From Octopus vulgaris (lineage: Eukaryota): a DNA stretch of 64,000 bases. The DNA is taken from positions 34,844,001 through 34,908,000 of the forward strand of contig OX597815.1 in NCBI GenBank assembly GCA_951406725.2, written 5' to 3'. Of this stretch, positions 25,063 to 38,555 are shown piece after piece (the stretch's first letter is position 1; the number at the start of each line of letters is the position of its first letter). A program made the translations under genes and the position numbers. The notes beneath the pieces are model-generated. The model had not been told where the DNA came from and did no database searches. It saw only the letters and a list, made by a program, of their open reading frames with translations.

Positions 25063-25339
25063 AGTGTCTCTACTAAAAGAATCGTTGATTGATAATCATA
25101 GATCGATGTTGCTTTAAAATAACTTACTCTCCAAGATTGCAATATTTTACATAATTGTCTCTCGCACCAGTCATTAAAATTCCTTGGAAATCCATTGAGG
25201 TCTTTTTCCTTTTACTTAAAAGTGGGTGAAGGTTCTCGTTTGAGTATATTTTAAGTTGTACTGCCTCGATTCTAAAATTGAAAATTTAAAAAAAATGAGA
25301 AAGGAAAAAACAAGAATAATATATAAAAAATATTCTATT

Positions 25340-25960
25340 TACATCAAAGGTGACTGAACAATTCCCAACCTGTTTCATATTTATACTTGGTGATATTCCC
25401 TTTGAAAGGTCTTTCTTGTTTTTCGTCTCTTATTACTCTTTGATGGAAGACAGATTCCTTACCTTATGTTGGCTCTTATACATTGACAGTAGGTTTGCTC
25501 ATTTCGAAAGAGTTTATCGTTGTGTCTGGCGCGCTGCAGTTTAAAGGTTAATGGAGATGTAGGGAAAAAGCCCTCAGGACTGTGCCCTTTCTAGATGTTA
25601 GAGGGAGTTCAGAATGTACGTGTTGCTTAAAGTACGTGTTTTGGGTGTGTGTATCTAGTTACAGAGGGAGCTGAATTATTGTGCATTGCACATAATTTGA
25701 CCAAAATCTTTCATCTTACAGACTTGCATAAGAAACGTTTTGTGCATTGGAGCTTGACACAGTTTTCATGACAGTGAGTCATTTGTGAGATAATTGCTTC
25801 TTTAGATTGGAATTCCAGTCTATTACTACAAGTTCAGCCTGCGATGATTAGAAATAAAGCCTAAAGCTATGAATATACGCATAAGAAATAAGATACTGCA
25901 TATTTCTACTAACAGCGAACTATGCTTCCTCCAGGCCTTGTAATTAGAGCTGCATGGATG
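25340..25960 (+). mobile_element. Highly decayed Penelope-type RT relic
   Basis: WLLYIDSRFAHF (cf. WxRYIDDIF), LQF..ME, VPFLDV, ALVIRA in colinear order across frameshifts. Confidence 0.45.
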
Positions 25961-26155
25961 GATCAGTCTTTCTTATGGATACATAGAATCACTAGTGTTC
26001 GAATATAAACCATCGAATTTGTATCAAGTGTCCGACTTTCTGTTAACTCGAACAGGTTTATCACTCATGTGTAGTAGTTTTACTTTTATAGGATAAATAT
26101 GGCAAACGTCGTACATTAGAATTATTGCACCAGATGAACCGTTCCTAAGACTATT

Positions 26156-26548
26156 CTTTTCTACTCTTGGCCCGAAATTTTTAGGGAGGGAGCCAGTCGA
26201 TTATATCGACCCCAGTACGCAAATGGTACTTAATTTATCGACTCCGAAATTATGAAAGGCAAAGTCGACCCCGGCGGAATTTGAACTCAGAACGTAAAGA
26301 CAGACGAAATACCTATTTCTTTACTACCCACAAGGGACTAAACACAGAGTGGGGACAAACAAGGACAGACAAACGGATTAAGTCGATTATATCGACCCCA
26401 GTGCGTAACTGGTACTTATTTAATCGACCCCGAAAGGATGAAGGGCAAAGTCGACCTCGGCGGAATTTGAACTCAGAACGTAACGGCAGACGAAATACCG
26501 CTAAGCATTTTACCCGGCGTGCTAAAGTTTCTGCCAACTCACCGCCTT
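26156..26548 (-). mobile_element. SINE family A, composite/dimeric
   Basis: Body repeated twice; TSD cctaagactatt on both sides. Confidence 0.85.
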
Positions 26549-27309
26549 GCTCCTAAGACTATTAAGAAAGGCATGAACATCATGAAACCCCTTCCCCTTT
26601 ATTGAAGTCTTATGCGTGTCAAATTTATTGTTATAAGTTAAAATATGGCGAACGTCGTACATCAGAAGATATATTCTTGGCGAACTGAGAATCATCATAA
26701 ATATTTTATTTTATTTATCTCCCAAGACTATTAAGAAACGCATGGACATCATGAAATTATTTCCTCTTCACCGAAGTCAAAATAATTGATTAGTAATTGA
26801 TTAGATTTTTCTTATACTCATTTGTAAAATAATCTTGGAATATTTTTTGTGCGACGTCTATTTCTGTCTCACTCTTTGTTTTGCTTTCTTCCCTTTCTCT
26901 TTTCCTTTCTAATACTTTACGTCTTCCTTCGTACTGACTTTCTATCTGTCTTTGTATTGTCTCCAGTCTTTTAGCGCATTTTCATCTTCCTTTCGTTAAA
27001 CCATACCTGTCTTTTTTGTAGTATATGTATATTTTATTTTGTAGTTTTAGCTATTTCCAGTGGCTTTTCGCCACTGGTACAGTGAACAATATGACCTTTA
27101 AAGGCACGAAATTGTAATGATCTTTTGGATGTTGACCGATGAGGAATTAGCTGCGAATTTTCCGTTTGTAACGATTTTGTGAAATTTTCCGTTTGTTGTA
27201 CTTTTAATTTTTGATATATATATATATATGTATGTATGCATGTATGTATGTATGTATGTATGTATGTATGTATGTATGTATGTATGTATGTATAAGTTTT
27301 TTCTTTCAC

Positions 27310-27515
27310 TTTCTTTTATTTGTTTCAGTCATTTGACTGCTGCCGTGCTGGAGCACCGCCTTTAGTCGAGATAATCACCCCCAGGACTTTTTCTTTGTAA
27401 GCCTAGTACTTATTCTATCGGTCTCTTGTGCCAAATCGCTAAGTTACGGGGATGTTAACACACCAGCATTGGTTGTCAAGCGATGTTGGGGTCACAGACG
27501 GACACACAAACATAT

Positions 27516-27596
<81 letters not shown>

Positions 27597-27750
27597 CACA
27601 TACGGCAGACTTCTTTCAGTTTCCGTCTACCAAATCCACTCACAAGGCTTTGGTCAGCCGAAGCTGTAGTAGAAGACACTTGCCTAAGATGCCACGCAGT
27701 AGGACTGAACCAGGAATCATGTGGTTCTTACCATACAGCCACTCCTACGC
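27310..27750 (-). mobile_element. SINE family B, full length
   Basis: Reverse complement of 475-877. Confidence 0.85.
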
Positions 27751-27979
27751 CTATATATATGAATCCTGAATGTATGTTTAATCCTGAAGGTATATTTGAT
27801 CAGATGAGTTAGTTTTCCCCTATTATACACTTCTATGTAAATATACAATGTATACAATGTATAATAAACGTATGGATGTAAAATGCACGCATATAATATG
27901 GGATGTTGAAATTAATGCTGTTAGATGGTGAAGATTATGAAACAGCTGTAATAATATGGTTATTATTGTATATATTGGA

Positions 27980-28258
27980 CTCTCCCGTCGAAGATGACGT
28001 ATGGACATTCAGCCTTTTGCCGAACGACCTACACAAATGATTTGTTTATAGTGATCAATTGTTCATGCAGCACATTAGCTCACTTTCTCTATCAAATCGA
28101 CGTTACCTGAACAGGTGTACCGTATGCCACGCAGTGCAACATAAGATGAAGTGTTTTGCTCAAGAACATAATGCAATGCACTAACCGGTATAGGAATTGA
28201 AACTACGACCTCGCGATCGTGAGTCCAACAGCCTAACCACTAGGCCATGCGCTCTCAC
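27980..28258 (-). mobile_element. tRNA-derived CORE-like SINE with a different tail
   Basis: Head taaccactaggccatgcgc and CORE-like aagtgttttgctcaagaaca. Confidence 0.7.
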
Positions 28259-28313
28259 AACACACACAGACACACACACACATATATATATATATGTATA
28301 TATATATATATGT

Positions 28314-28377
<64 letters not shown>

Positions 28378-28408
28378 ACTCACACACACACACACACACG
28401 CACGCACG

Positions 28409-28499
<91 letters not shown>

Positions 28500-28909
28500 T
28501 ATCAGGTAAAATCTGGTCTGGAAACTCAGGTGTTTCTGACATGCAGTGTAAGTCTAACTCGTCCATGGTTTCATCGCCAGAAAATTACGGAAACCTATTT
28601 ATATAAAGAAACCAAATTACGAATTCAGTCAATCCCTATTAACTATGTATTAGTATTGATTGAATTTATTACGAATGTAAGAAATCATTATTACATTATC
28701 TGGTTAGTTAAGGATGTTAACAGGATTTACAGCAATGAAAGACTTCAGTCTGTTGAGTCACTTGGATTGGCTGCGGCTGCTGGAAAAGGGAGTGTTAAGT
28801 AATAGATTGCTTATTTTAAACTTTGGTCTATGAAGTAAATGTCACGGAGCAAATTTCTAGGTAAGTATACTACGTCTATGATAAATTTGAGCTGTCAGAA
28901 CTATGTGGC

Positions 28910-29150
28910 AGAACGTGTGGCTTAGTGATAAGGGTGTTGGATTCATGATCCTAAGATTGCGGTTTTGGTTCCGGAACCGGGCAACGCGTTTTGCTCTTAA
29001 GCAAGGCACTTCGTTTCATGTTGCTCCTGGCCACTCAGCTGGCTAAAATGAGTAATCTTACGACGGACTGGAATCCCGTCCAGGTGGGGGAATATATGCA
29101 TAACAGAAACCGGGTAACAGGCCCTGAGTCTATATGACTTGGAAAGGATC
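28910..29150 (+). mobile_element. Decayed tRNA-derived SINE (CORE-like plus V-like segment)
   Basis: gtggcttagtgataagg head; gacggactggaatcccgtccagg segment shared with 31628-31650. Confidence 0.65.
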
Positions 29151-30379
29151 TTAAAGATGAAATTAGCCAACTAGAAAACCTAGGAAAGTGATAACCTGAA
29201 CATTTTATATATAAGATATATACACTTTGTTTGTTTGTTTGCTTCTTTTTTTTTTATAAATATACAGTTTAAGGTTCGATATAAAAAGTAAGCAAAGTCG
29301 GTAAATAAAATAAATAAAAGTAAAAGCGCAATCGATTTGATAATATCTAAAAATGGACTGGTTGGATATTGTCAGAGATACAAATACTCTGGAGAAAACT
29401 GATCTAACGTTCTTTGACTGGTAGCATTCAGACCACTCCTTCCAGCAATGGAAACGTGGCAAGCTAATAAATACTACAGTTATAAATAGAACAGAAGTAG
29501 ACATAGACTTAGTGTAGAAGTCACATCATCAATATCGTTCTAGTTGTGTCATCAAGACACAAAGAAATTTATCTTATCATGTGCTCTGCAAATCTAAATC
29601 TGTTACGAATATAATATAGATTTTTTTTCTGCTTACATAAAAAAAAGAGAAAATTTATGAGAGGAATGATATAACATGACATTCACTAATTTCTCAAGAG
29701 TATTAGCTTGTAAGATAATTAAATTGTCTTCCACCGAGAATTTAAAAAAAAATGTCACGGATTTGACTCACCAGGAAATTATCTTTTGCTCTGTGCAGAT
29801 AGCTACACATAAAATAGCGAAGATCTCTCTTTATTGCGTTGTACTTCAAAGAACCAAAGAATACTGAGTCAATGAAGAATCGACATGGCGTTCGACTGGC
29901 TCCCCCCGCTGATCAGTGGTTCAAATTTCGTCACTGACGCTTCAGTTGTTAATGATCAAATTAAATCATACTCAGTCCATCTAGCTACAGATAGCTACTG
30001 TAAACAGCCATTACTCATTGCTGTAAACAACAGTAACAGTGGATAATCAATGTTCTCATCTTTCGCTTGTAGTATCGGCTTCCAAGTTCTTCTTCTATGT
30101 GTGTTTTGGCTTTAATAAAAGCACTCACAGCGTGAACTTGTTTAATCAATTCTATTACTGTTGTCACTATAAATGAATCAAATAAATTAATGAGTGGTAA
30201 CTTCTAACAATCTCTCTCTCTTTCCTATGTAGACTATTTCTGTCCACACTTAACTCTAGAGCTAAATATAGTGGAAAGGAAATGTTAATGGAAATCTAAT
30301 ATTACTAAGGTGATGGATGACGAAGAAACTATTGCTCAAAGAGTGATCTTTTGTTAAGACACGCGTGACACGTGAGAGA

Positions 30380-30740
30380 CGTGTTGTGTACCTTATGGTG
30401 GGAAGGATTAAAGATTATCCGATTGCAATGACAGACTTTTCTGGCAATTTCATTAAACCAAGCAGTTGCTCACTATATTGATCCGAACGCATACTGCCCG
30501 ATGTGGATTAAAGGATAAAAACTGAACGCTATATTCAATGCCATGACAAATTAAAACTTTTTCTTCTTCAAACAAAGATCAGACGTTTATGCAGTAGTTG
30601 AGCTGTGTGTCCAGCATCAACAGATATTGATTTTGTTTTTAATATTTGTTTAGACAAGTGCAGTGGAGTTGGCAGATGATTAGTGCTCCAGATTAAATAT
30701 CTTAAGTATTTAGTTTCTGAGAGTGAGAATAATCGAGTCA
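30380..30740 (+). mobile_element. Possible decayed Gypsy RT relic
   Basis: DCNDRLFWQF (cf. LDxxxGFWQI) and LDKC..IKYLKYLVSE (cf. KC..IxYLGHxIS). Confidence 0.35.
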
Positions 30741-30845
30741 ATATGTATCGGACAACCAGTTTGAAAGGTCAGCGGTTCGTGTTCTCTTACCATCACTATG
30801 ATGCGTATGACAATAAAATACAGGTGCAACAGAAAAACCTCCAAC

Positions 30846-30892
<47 letters not shown>

Positions 30893-30915
30893 ACATATTT
30901 ATATAAATATACACG

Positions 30916-30946
<31 letters not shown>

Positions 30947-30979
30947 GTACACACACACAAACATACACACACACACAAA

Positions 30980-31268
30980 CATGTGGCTTAGTGGTTAGGG
31001 TGTTGCACTCAAAGCTGCTAAATCGTGAATTCGATTCCCGGACCGAGCGGCGCATTCTGTTCTTGAGCAATATACTTCATTTCATGTTGTTCCAGTGCTT
31101 CAGTTCATTCAGCTGCAAATGGGTAACCCTGCTATGGACTAGCCTTCCGATTAGGAGTAAAAGCTGGCCAGCTCGCCTAGTCACTGGGCTGGCACCATTT
31201 GAAAGCTAAAACGATTCAATGCGCATTAGGATTGGCTATGTATAGCAACATCCAATAGTCTAGTCGAT
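30980..31268 (+). mobile_element. tRNA-derived CORE-like SINE with tail type F
   Basis: Head tggcttagtggttaggg..ttcgattcc; tail similar to the reverse complement of 42535-42630. Confidence 0.7.
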
Positions 31269-31419
31269 CACGTGATCACATGCATACATACACACATACA
31301 TACATACATACATACATACATACATACATACATACATACATACATACATACATACATACATACATACATACATACATACATACATACATACATACATACA
31401 TACATACATACATACGTCG

Positions 31420-31722
31420 TGGAGGCGCATGGCCTAGTGGTTAGAGCAGCGGACTCGCGGTCGAGGGATCGCGCGTTCGAATCTCAGGCCGGGCGATGTG
31501 TGTGTTTATGAGCGAAACACGTAAGCTCCACGCGGCTCCGGCAGAAGGTAATGGCGAACTTCTGCTGACTCTTTCGCCACAGCTTTCTCTCACTCTTTCC
31601 TCCTGCATCTTGCAGCTGACCAGCCACAGACCGGCGTCCCGTCCAGGTGGGGAACCTATACGCCAAGGAAACCGGGAAACCGGCCCTTATGAGCCAGGCG
31701 TGGCTCGAGAAGGAACAAACAA
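31420..31722 (+). mobile_element. tRNA-derived SINE, head type E with V-like tail
   Basis: ggaggcgcatggcctagtggttagagcagcggactcgcggtc..gttcgaatc; flanking acatacgt duplicated. Confidence 0.85.
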
Positions 31723-32249
31723 CATACGTACTTATACAAGGAAGTTTTTCAGTTACGCCTTGTACTTTGTTCTCAAATGCCTCAATCCACTAATTATAAC
31801 AATAGAGTTTATTATTTAATTAGACTGAGTCATACTCACTAATACATTATTGTATAAATGATAGAAATGTTTAGAATAAGTCAACGTTAGGTTCACATTG
31901 AATAAAATCTGAGACTCAGTTTTAATCCTCATTACTAATGCACTTGGATCAGGAATTATCTTCAAAATATTTATTGTTCCCTAAATGCTACTTTGTTATA
32001 TCTTTTGTATCTAATAAAAAGCCAATAATTTGTTTTGATATTTAGTTTCTAGATTCAAATTCTACCGGTTTTGACCTTACCTACTGTGCTTGTGGACTCG
32101 ATCAAACATCTACTAGTTATATATTTGAGACAGTCCGATCGGTCTTTTATGCTCACTTGAAATCTTAGCATTTGTGAAGCTGGTGTAAACGATAAGGCTC
32201 TGAACTAAATGCCTAACTAATCTAGATTAATGTCGCTCACACAACTGAT

Positions 32250-32620
32250 CAGAGACTTAGCTTACCTACAATTTGCTCTCTACTCTACTCTCTACTCACA
32301 TACCACGAACAGACATCAGCGCGATTGGCCACACGATAAAGAAAGCTATTCGGCTGATTGGCAACAATTCCCTCGTCAACATATTTTCAAACATTAACTT
32401 GCAGATATTCTGTATCTTCTCTGTCTTTTCTACCGTAATTACAAAGGTTTTTGTTCTTCTGAACAAGTAAGCTCTGCTCTAAATTAAGCCATCGATATAT
32501 TCGCTTTCCTTCTCTTCATTTCCATCATTTCATCCTCCCTCTCAAACATATGTAATCCCACGGAGCACACTCGATGAGAAGGGTGTCCTTTTCTCTGTTT
32601 GGATACTCTACAAGGCGAAA
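32250..32620 (+). mobile_element. CR1/Jockey-like LINE ORF2 C-terminal relic
   Basis: IKKAIRLIG and LCLFYRNYKGFCSSE (cf. LFYRYYxGxCSxEL). Confidence 0.55.
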
Positions 32621-32667
32621 ACCAAAACTTGTCTCACAGTAGAATACTGCACTATCGGTTCATGATG

Positions 32668-32721
<54 letters not shown>

Positions 32722-32727
32722 ATAATG

Positions 32728-32776
<49 letters not shown>

Positions 32777-32797
32777 TGATGATGATAATAATAATAA

Positions 32798-33032
32798 GGC
32801 GCATTAGGTATGATGAAAAATATTCAGACAAATACATAACAAAAACACCAGGACTTACAAACACATATCACATACAGAAAACTGCACTACTTGGCACTGC
32901 GCATTCCTCCGCAAAACACTTTCAATACAGTAACCATCAGAGCATCACAACAAATCGCAGCACATACCCAAGGCACACAGAGCTGCGCTCGGTTGTGAAA
33001 AGAAAGCACGCTATAAAAATAAAACTACTGAA
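32798..33032 (+). mobile_element. R4/Dong-clade non-LTR retrotransposon 3' end within (TAA)n
   Basis: GALGM..YSDKYITKTPG..IQKTALLGTAH..RKTLSIQ* plus 3' UTR. Confidence 0.85.
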
Positions 33033-33044
33033 TATTATTATTAT

Positions 33045-33261
33045 TATTCTATGTTTGACTTTTGCTTTATGTCTGTACAAGTTGGCTCCAAGTCTCACCC
33101 AGAGACCTCAAGTTCTGTGCCATATATTTGGTTTTTTTTTTTTTTTTGGTGTTGTACTAGTGAATGTCTAAAAATAAAATTTTAAAAAGAATTTAAAAAA
33201 AAAAAAAAATTAAAAAAAAATGTTTGTTTTAAACCTTGGGATTACATAGAGAGTATTTTGC

Positions 33262-33265
<4 letters not shown>
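33045..33265 (-). mobile_element. Second R4/Dong-like 3' end, opposite strand
   Basis: Minus strand RKILSM* followed by a UTR, flanked by (TAA)n. Confidence 0.6.
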
Positions 33266-33335
<70 letters not shown>

Positions 33336-34034
33336 TCAATTCCATAAAGTATCGGGCTCCTCTTGATGGGTGAGTCTTCCACTAAGAGAGAGGGGGATCG
33401 TTAGTTCTTGGCAACCCCCCAAGAAATGATGTCATGATAAAAACATCGGTGATTGTGTCATCTTATCACCACAGTCTTCTTTATGAGTTTAATAAGAAAT
33501 ATAAATCTATAGCACACCTGCGTTAATGAGGCTGGATTCTCAGGCGAAGGCCTCCTGTGTGGTTTGTGTCTCACTGTGCAGCAGGATGATCCTGGTCGTT
33601 ATTTACCTACTACTGCAATGATTAGGAGAGAGTATTCTTATAGTAACTAGTGAATTGTTATGGAATATTGCTCCCATGGAATATTACTCGGCTTTCTACT
33701 TTCAACGGCTGGGTATAGTTTTGTGCCGCCTGGCAGACTGATCAGCTCAGAAATAGATTCCATACTTATTGATCAGCTTGGATCAATATCTTCATCCCAT
33801 GGCCCGACCAGTTTTGTTTCCGTAGCCTCTGGAACCACAGAATATTAATTTTGTCCTTTATGTCGAAGGGGACCGCCACCACTTACCTGTAAATATGTAC
33901 TTCTAAGAGCACATCAACAATCTTTTTCTCTGTATGGAGAAAAATACAAGAATTCTTATTCCTACCTCTTTATAGTGTTGAAGTAGTTTACCGTACACAT
34001 TCACTAGACGAGTAATTTGGTGTCTATCTTTGAT

Positions 34035-34422
34035 TTATTACTTGTTTCAGGCACTGGACTGCAGTCATATTGGGGCATCGCCTTGATGGGTTCAATCGAA
34101 TAGACTGATCCCGATCGGCCTCTTTGGCCAGACTGCTAAATCATAGGAACATAAACAAACCAATACTGGTTGTCAAGCGATAGTGAGAGAGAAACGCAAA
34201 ACACGAACACACACTCATATATCTACACACACACACGCGCGCGCGCACATGCACACACGCACATATTTAAGATGGGCTTTCCCACAGTCTCCACAAACCC
34301 AATTCACTCAAAAGACAATTGATCAGCCCGGTGCTACAGTAGAAGGCACATTCACAAGGTACCGCGCAGCAGGACTGAACCCGAAACCACATGGTTGCAA
34401 AGTAAGCTTCTTAACCACACAG
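34035..34422 (-). mobile_element. Decayed SINE family B
   Basis: Reverse-complement similarity to 475-877. Confidence 0.7.
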
Positions 34423-34653
34423 CGATCCCTCAGTAATTATCAAACAAAAGCTACGAGTTTTGTGAATCTTAAAACCGGTAGAGTGACAGACGAAATGCTT
34501 TGCCGTATTACGTTACGTTCCTTCACGTTCCGTGCCCAAATACTGCCAAATTGTTTGGCATTTGTTTGTCATCTATCCAACCCAGGACCGATAAAATTAA
34601 AATTTGTCACGTAATGTGGTCAAATGCAACCGATTATACTTCTTGAAATTTGT

Positions 34654-34717
34654 GATTTTTATGTCAATCTGAGTAAGCTTTATTTTAATAAAGCTTACTC
34701 AGATTGACATAAAAATC
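34654..34717. repeat. Perfect 31 bp-arm palindrome with TT spacer
   Basis: gatttttatgtcaatctgagtaagctttatt-tt-aataaagcttactcagattgacataaaaatc. Confidence 0.95.
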
Positions 34718-35260
34718 CACATAGAATATAATTTAAACTACCTGTCTTTATGTTCGCTATGTTCAAATATTGAGTCATTATTTGTGAGGTGAATAACCGA
34801 AACGGTAGATCCGTGGGCGTATGCGATGTAATCAGAACTGTAGCTGACAGCAACGATTGGGTCGACTTTGCTGAGTTGGATCGTTCGATTGCATTGTCCG
34901 TTGTGGCAGTTCCATATCCGAATGGTCTGAAAGAATTACAAGCAAAACAAACTTTTTAATTGAGATAATCCTATATTCTTCCAAAAATGGACAGTCAGCA
35001 TTGGCATTTTATTGATTAATTTACACACTTGCATACACATTGATACATCCAGTTTTAGTAATGTACACATTCACGCAAACACTTATACGCATATGCATAC
35101 ATATATGCATACATACATGTGTACACACACACGCACATACTCTCACATTCAGTTTTAGTAAAGTACACAAGCACACAAACACACACACAACACACACACA
35201 AACACACACATATATATATATACACCACTACCAACACCCCCTTTATCATCACAGCCACCA

Positions 35261-35305
<45 letters not shown>

Positions 35306-35369
35306 GTGTGTGTGTGTGTGTGTGTGTTTGTTTGTGTGTATGTGTGTGTGCGTTCTTGTGCGTGCATGC

Positions 35370-35412
<43 letters not shown>

Positions 35413-36089
35413 TATGTATATATTTACACACCAAGTTTTAGTAACATAAACATACACACAAATACACACACACACATACATGCACATAGGCACGCGCATT
35501 ATTAACACATATATATACACATGCATATACCCAGTTTTTGTAACGTAAATATACACGCCAGCATAGATACGCACTCCCTCTCAGAAACGAACTTTTTTCT
35601 AGGCGAAGTTGTGAAATACGATTCGGCATTTAATTATACACGCATGCACACATGCATGTGCATACACACATGTACACACACATGCATGTGCGCACTCATC
35701 TCTGTAATAATATTTATCTGATACATGTGAAGGGACAGCTGATTGTATCTATTTGACATTTGTGTTCTGAAAGAATGGTCAACATTTGTTTCGTGGTCAA
35801 TGTTGTTGACCAAATGACTTGAGTGTGACAGACACGGAAGGTACATTGCTGTAGGCATAAGGAACAGTACGTAGTTAACAAAAGTATTTGTTTCATTTCG
35901 CAGTGGTGCATTTAATTCCATCTCCTATTAATCCAATGGACCCTGTTTCAAACAATCTTATCATCATTTCACTTAAATAGATTCGATGTAAATGATGAAA
36001 AAAACAAAACAAAAAACAAAAAAAAAAACATACACGAAAAATTATTAAAACCGAAAATGAAAGACTGCACCAAAAAAAAACTTGGAAAG

Positions 36090-36312
36090 TACCCCCACCA
36101 CCACCACCACCACCACCACCAACAACACCACCAACAAAACACCACCACCACCACCACCACCACCACCACCACCAACACCACCACCACCACAACCATTACC
36201 ATCACCATCACCACCATCACCACCACCACCACCACCATCACCACCACCAACAACAACAACAACAACAACAACACCACCACCACCACCACCACACAGCAGC
36301 AACAACAACAAC

Positions 36313-36344
<32 letters not shown>

Positions 36345-37322
36345 CAGCAACAGCAACAGCAACAGCTGCAGCAACAACAACAACAACAACAACAACAACA
36401 AATACACTTAATAATAGAAAGTTGCCACTTTGTCAATCAGGGAAACATACGGAATCTGCTATACATGTTTGTATTCAAATACACTGAGTCAACATGTGTG
36501 AGGTGAATAACCTGACAGTGAAGCAGTGGGCGTTTGTGACGTAACCAAGAACTATTAATGTCGGCAGTTGTTAAAAGTGGGTCGATTCCTGCAGAGTTGG
36601 ATCGCTCGATTGCACTGTCCGTTTGTAGAATCACAATTAAGGGCGGCTGCACCAGTTCCAGCAAACAGCTGGGACAACACTACCACCATCGCCACCGTCA
36701 CCAGTATCACCACTACTACTACCTACACCAACGCCACACCCACCGCTGCTACCACCACCACTACCCTCGCAACATTATCCCCCACCCCCACTATTAACAC
36801 TACTACTACCACAACTATTACCACACTACCATCACCACTGCCACCACTGCCACCACTGCCACACCCTGCGGTCACCACATTCACCAACATCAATACCACT
36901 ACAATCACTACTGACATCATCACCACTACCACAACTACCACCACAACCACCACCACCAACAACAACAACTACAACAACAACAACACTACCACCACAACTA
37001 CCACCAACACCACCGCCGCCATCGTAGTGGCAGCCAAGAAAACTATTATCTATAACAATATCGTCCTACAACTACGACAAACACCTTCAACACAACTACC
37101 AACACCCCCATTATCATCACAGCCACCACCACCACCATCACCACAATCACCACCACCACCACCACCACCACCACCACCACCACCACCACCACTACGATCA
37201 TCACTACGACCACCACTACCAACACCACCACTATCATCGCCGCCACCACTACCATCATCACCACCACCACCACCACGATCATCACCACACCACCACAACC
37301 ACCACCACCACCATTACCACCA
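36090..37322. repeat. (CAC)n/(CAA)n/(CAG)n trinucleotide low-complexity blocks flanking a short complex segment
   Basis: Direct reading. Confidence 0.9.
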
Positions 37323-37789
37323 AATATAACGCTTTTGCTAAGGTTGTCATCACTGGTGTTTCTCCTAGCGAAAATAAAATCTTTTGCAAACTGCTACCCA
37401 AAGAAAATTTATTAGCAATGAGGACATCAGAGTGAAACTTAAAAGTGTTTAATAAGGGCTCGGCACGCACTAGTTGGCAGAGACAATAAAAGAAAATACC
37501 TGAACTTACCTGAAAATACCTGAACTTATCTGAAAATACCTGAAATTATTGACTTTGGTAAACTTTACACTCTCATTCCCTATGGAACATAAACCATTGA
37601 CGTCTTTTAGCCCCTATTCTCGACTCTGAGTTACCTTTTCTGCAAGGAAAAGTAGGTGTCCAGTTGGAACCATGCCTTTCCTTGCAGGTTCCTTTCAAGC
37701 TTTATTGCACCGCGTCATGTTTCCCCGAAGGAAGGCCTTCCTCTCCCAGCCCTTGTTGGTTTAGAGCTGTCATTGATGTTTTTATACCT

Positions 37790-37922
37790 TAGACTTTTTT
37801 TCTAGGTAGAAGCCCATAACTACCTCTGGGAAGGGATATTCCATATTAGTTTGTCCTCTCTAGCCTTTGACTTGTCCAGCATGGGAGGCCCTACCAGGGG
37901 CTTGCGGTCCGCTGGCATAGCA
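37790..37922 (-). mobile_element. RTE-like LINE 5' region fragment
   Basis: Minus strand gctatgccagcgg..cctggtagggcctcccatgctggacaagtcaaagg resembles RTE 5' ends. Confidence 0.4.
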
Positions 37923-37937
37923 TATAAGCCACTACAC

Positions 37938-37983
37938 CGCCTTGTGAATGGATTTGGTAGACGGAAACTGAAAGAAGTCCGTC

Positions 37984-38077
<94 letters not shown>

Positions 38078-38530
38078 ATGTATGTATGCATGTGTGTGTA
38101 TGTGTGTGTGTCCGTGTTTATCCCCCCACCATCACTTGACAACCGATGTTGGTGTGTTAACGTTCCTGTAACTTAGCGATTCGGCAAAAGAGACGGATGG
38201 AATAAGTACTAGGCTTACAAAGAATGAGTCCTGTAATTGATCCCTTCGACTAAAGGTGGTGCTCCAGCATAGCCGCAGTCAAATAACTGAAACCAGTAAA
38301 AGAATAAAAAAAACATGCACGTGTGTGTGTGTGTGTTTGAGCTTGTGTTTGTTTCCCACCACTGCTGGACAACGGTGTTGCTTGTTTACGTCCCCGTAAC
38401 TAAACGGTTCGACAAAATAGGTGGATAACGTAAGTTCTGGGCTTATAAGAAATAAGAGTTGGGATCGGTTTTGTTCGACTAAACCCCTGAGGACGGTACC
38501 CTAGCATCACCGTGGTCCAATGACAGAAAC
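37938..38530 (+). mobile_element. SINE family B (5'-truncated) plus a second older 3' half
   Basis: Homology to 590-877, seen twice. Confidence 0.8.
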
Positions 38531-38555
38531 TATTTCCGCTGTCTGTTGATATATT

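Noticed and set aside
31420-31495. tRNA-like sequences (also at 42899, 50620 and others)
   Set aside because: They are SINE heads that run into SINE bodies and lack a proper acceptor stem
33340-33900. Complex segment with a minus-strand CAG|GTAAGT near 33885
   Set aside because: No recognisable protein in any frame and a poor acceptor; probably decayed TE, unclassifiable by eye
35040-35560. CRISPR-like repeat/spacer pattern
   Set aside because: Degenerate short motif with microsatellite spacers, in a eukaryotic context with no cas genes
36057-37329. Poly-His/Gln/Pro/Thr ORFs resembling a transcription factor or mucin
   Set aside because: Pure trinucleotide tracts open in several frames on both strands, with no domain or splice support
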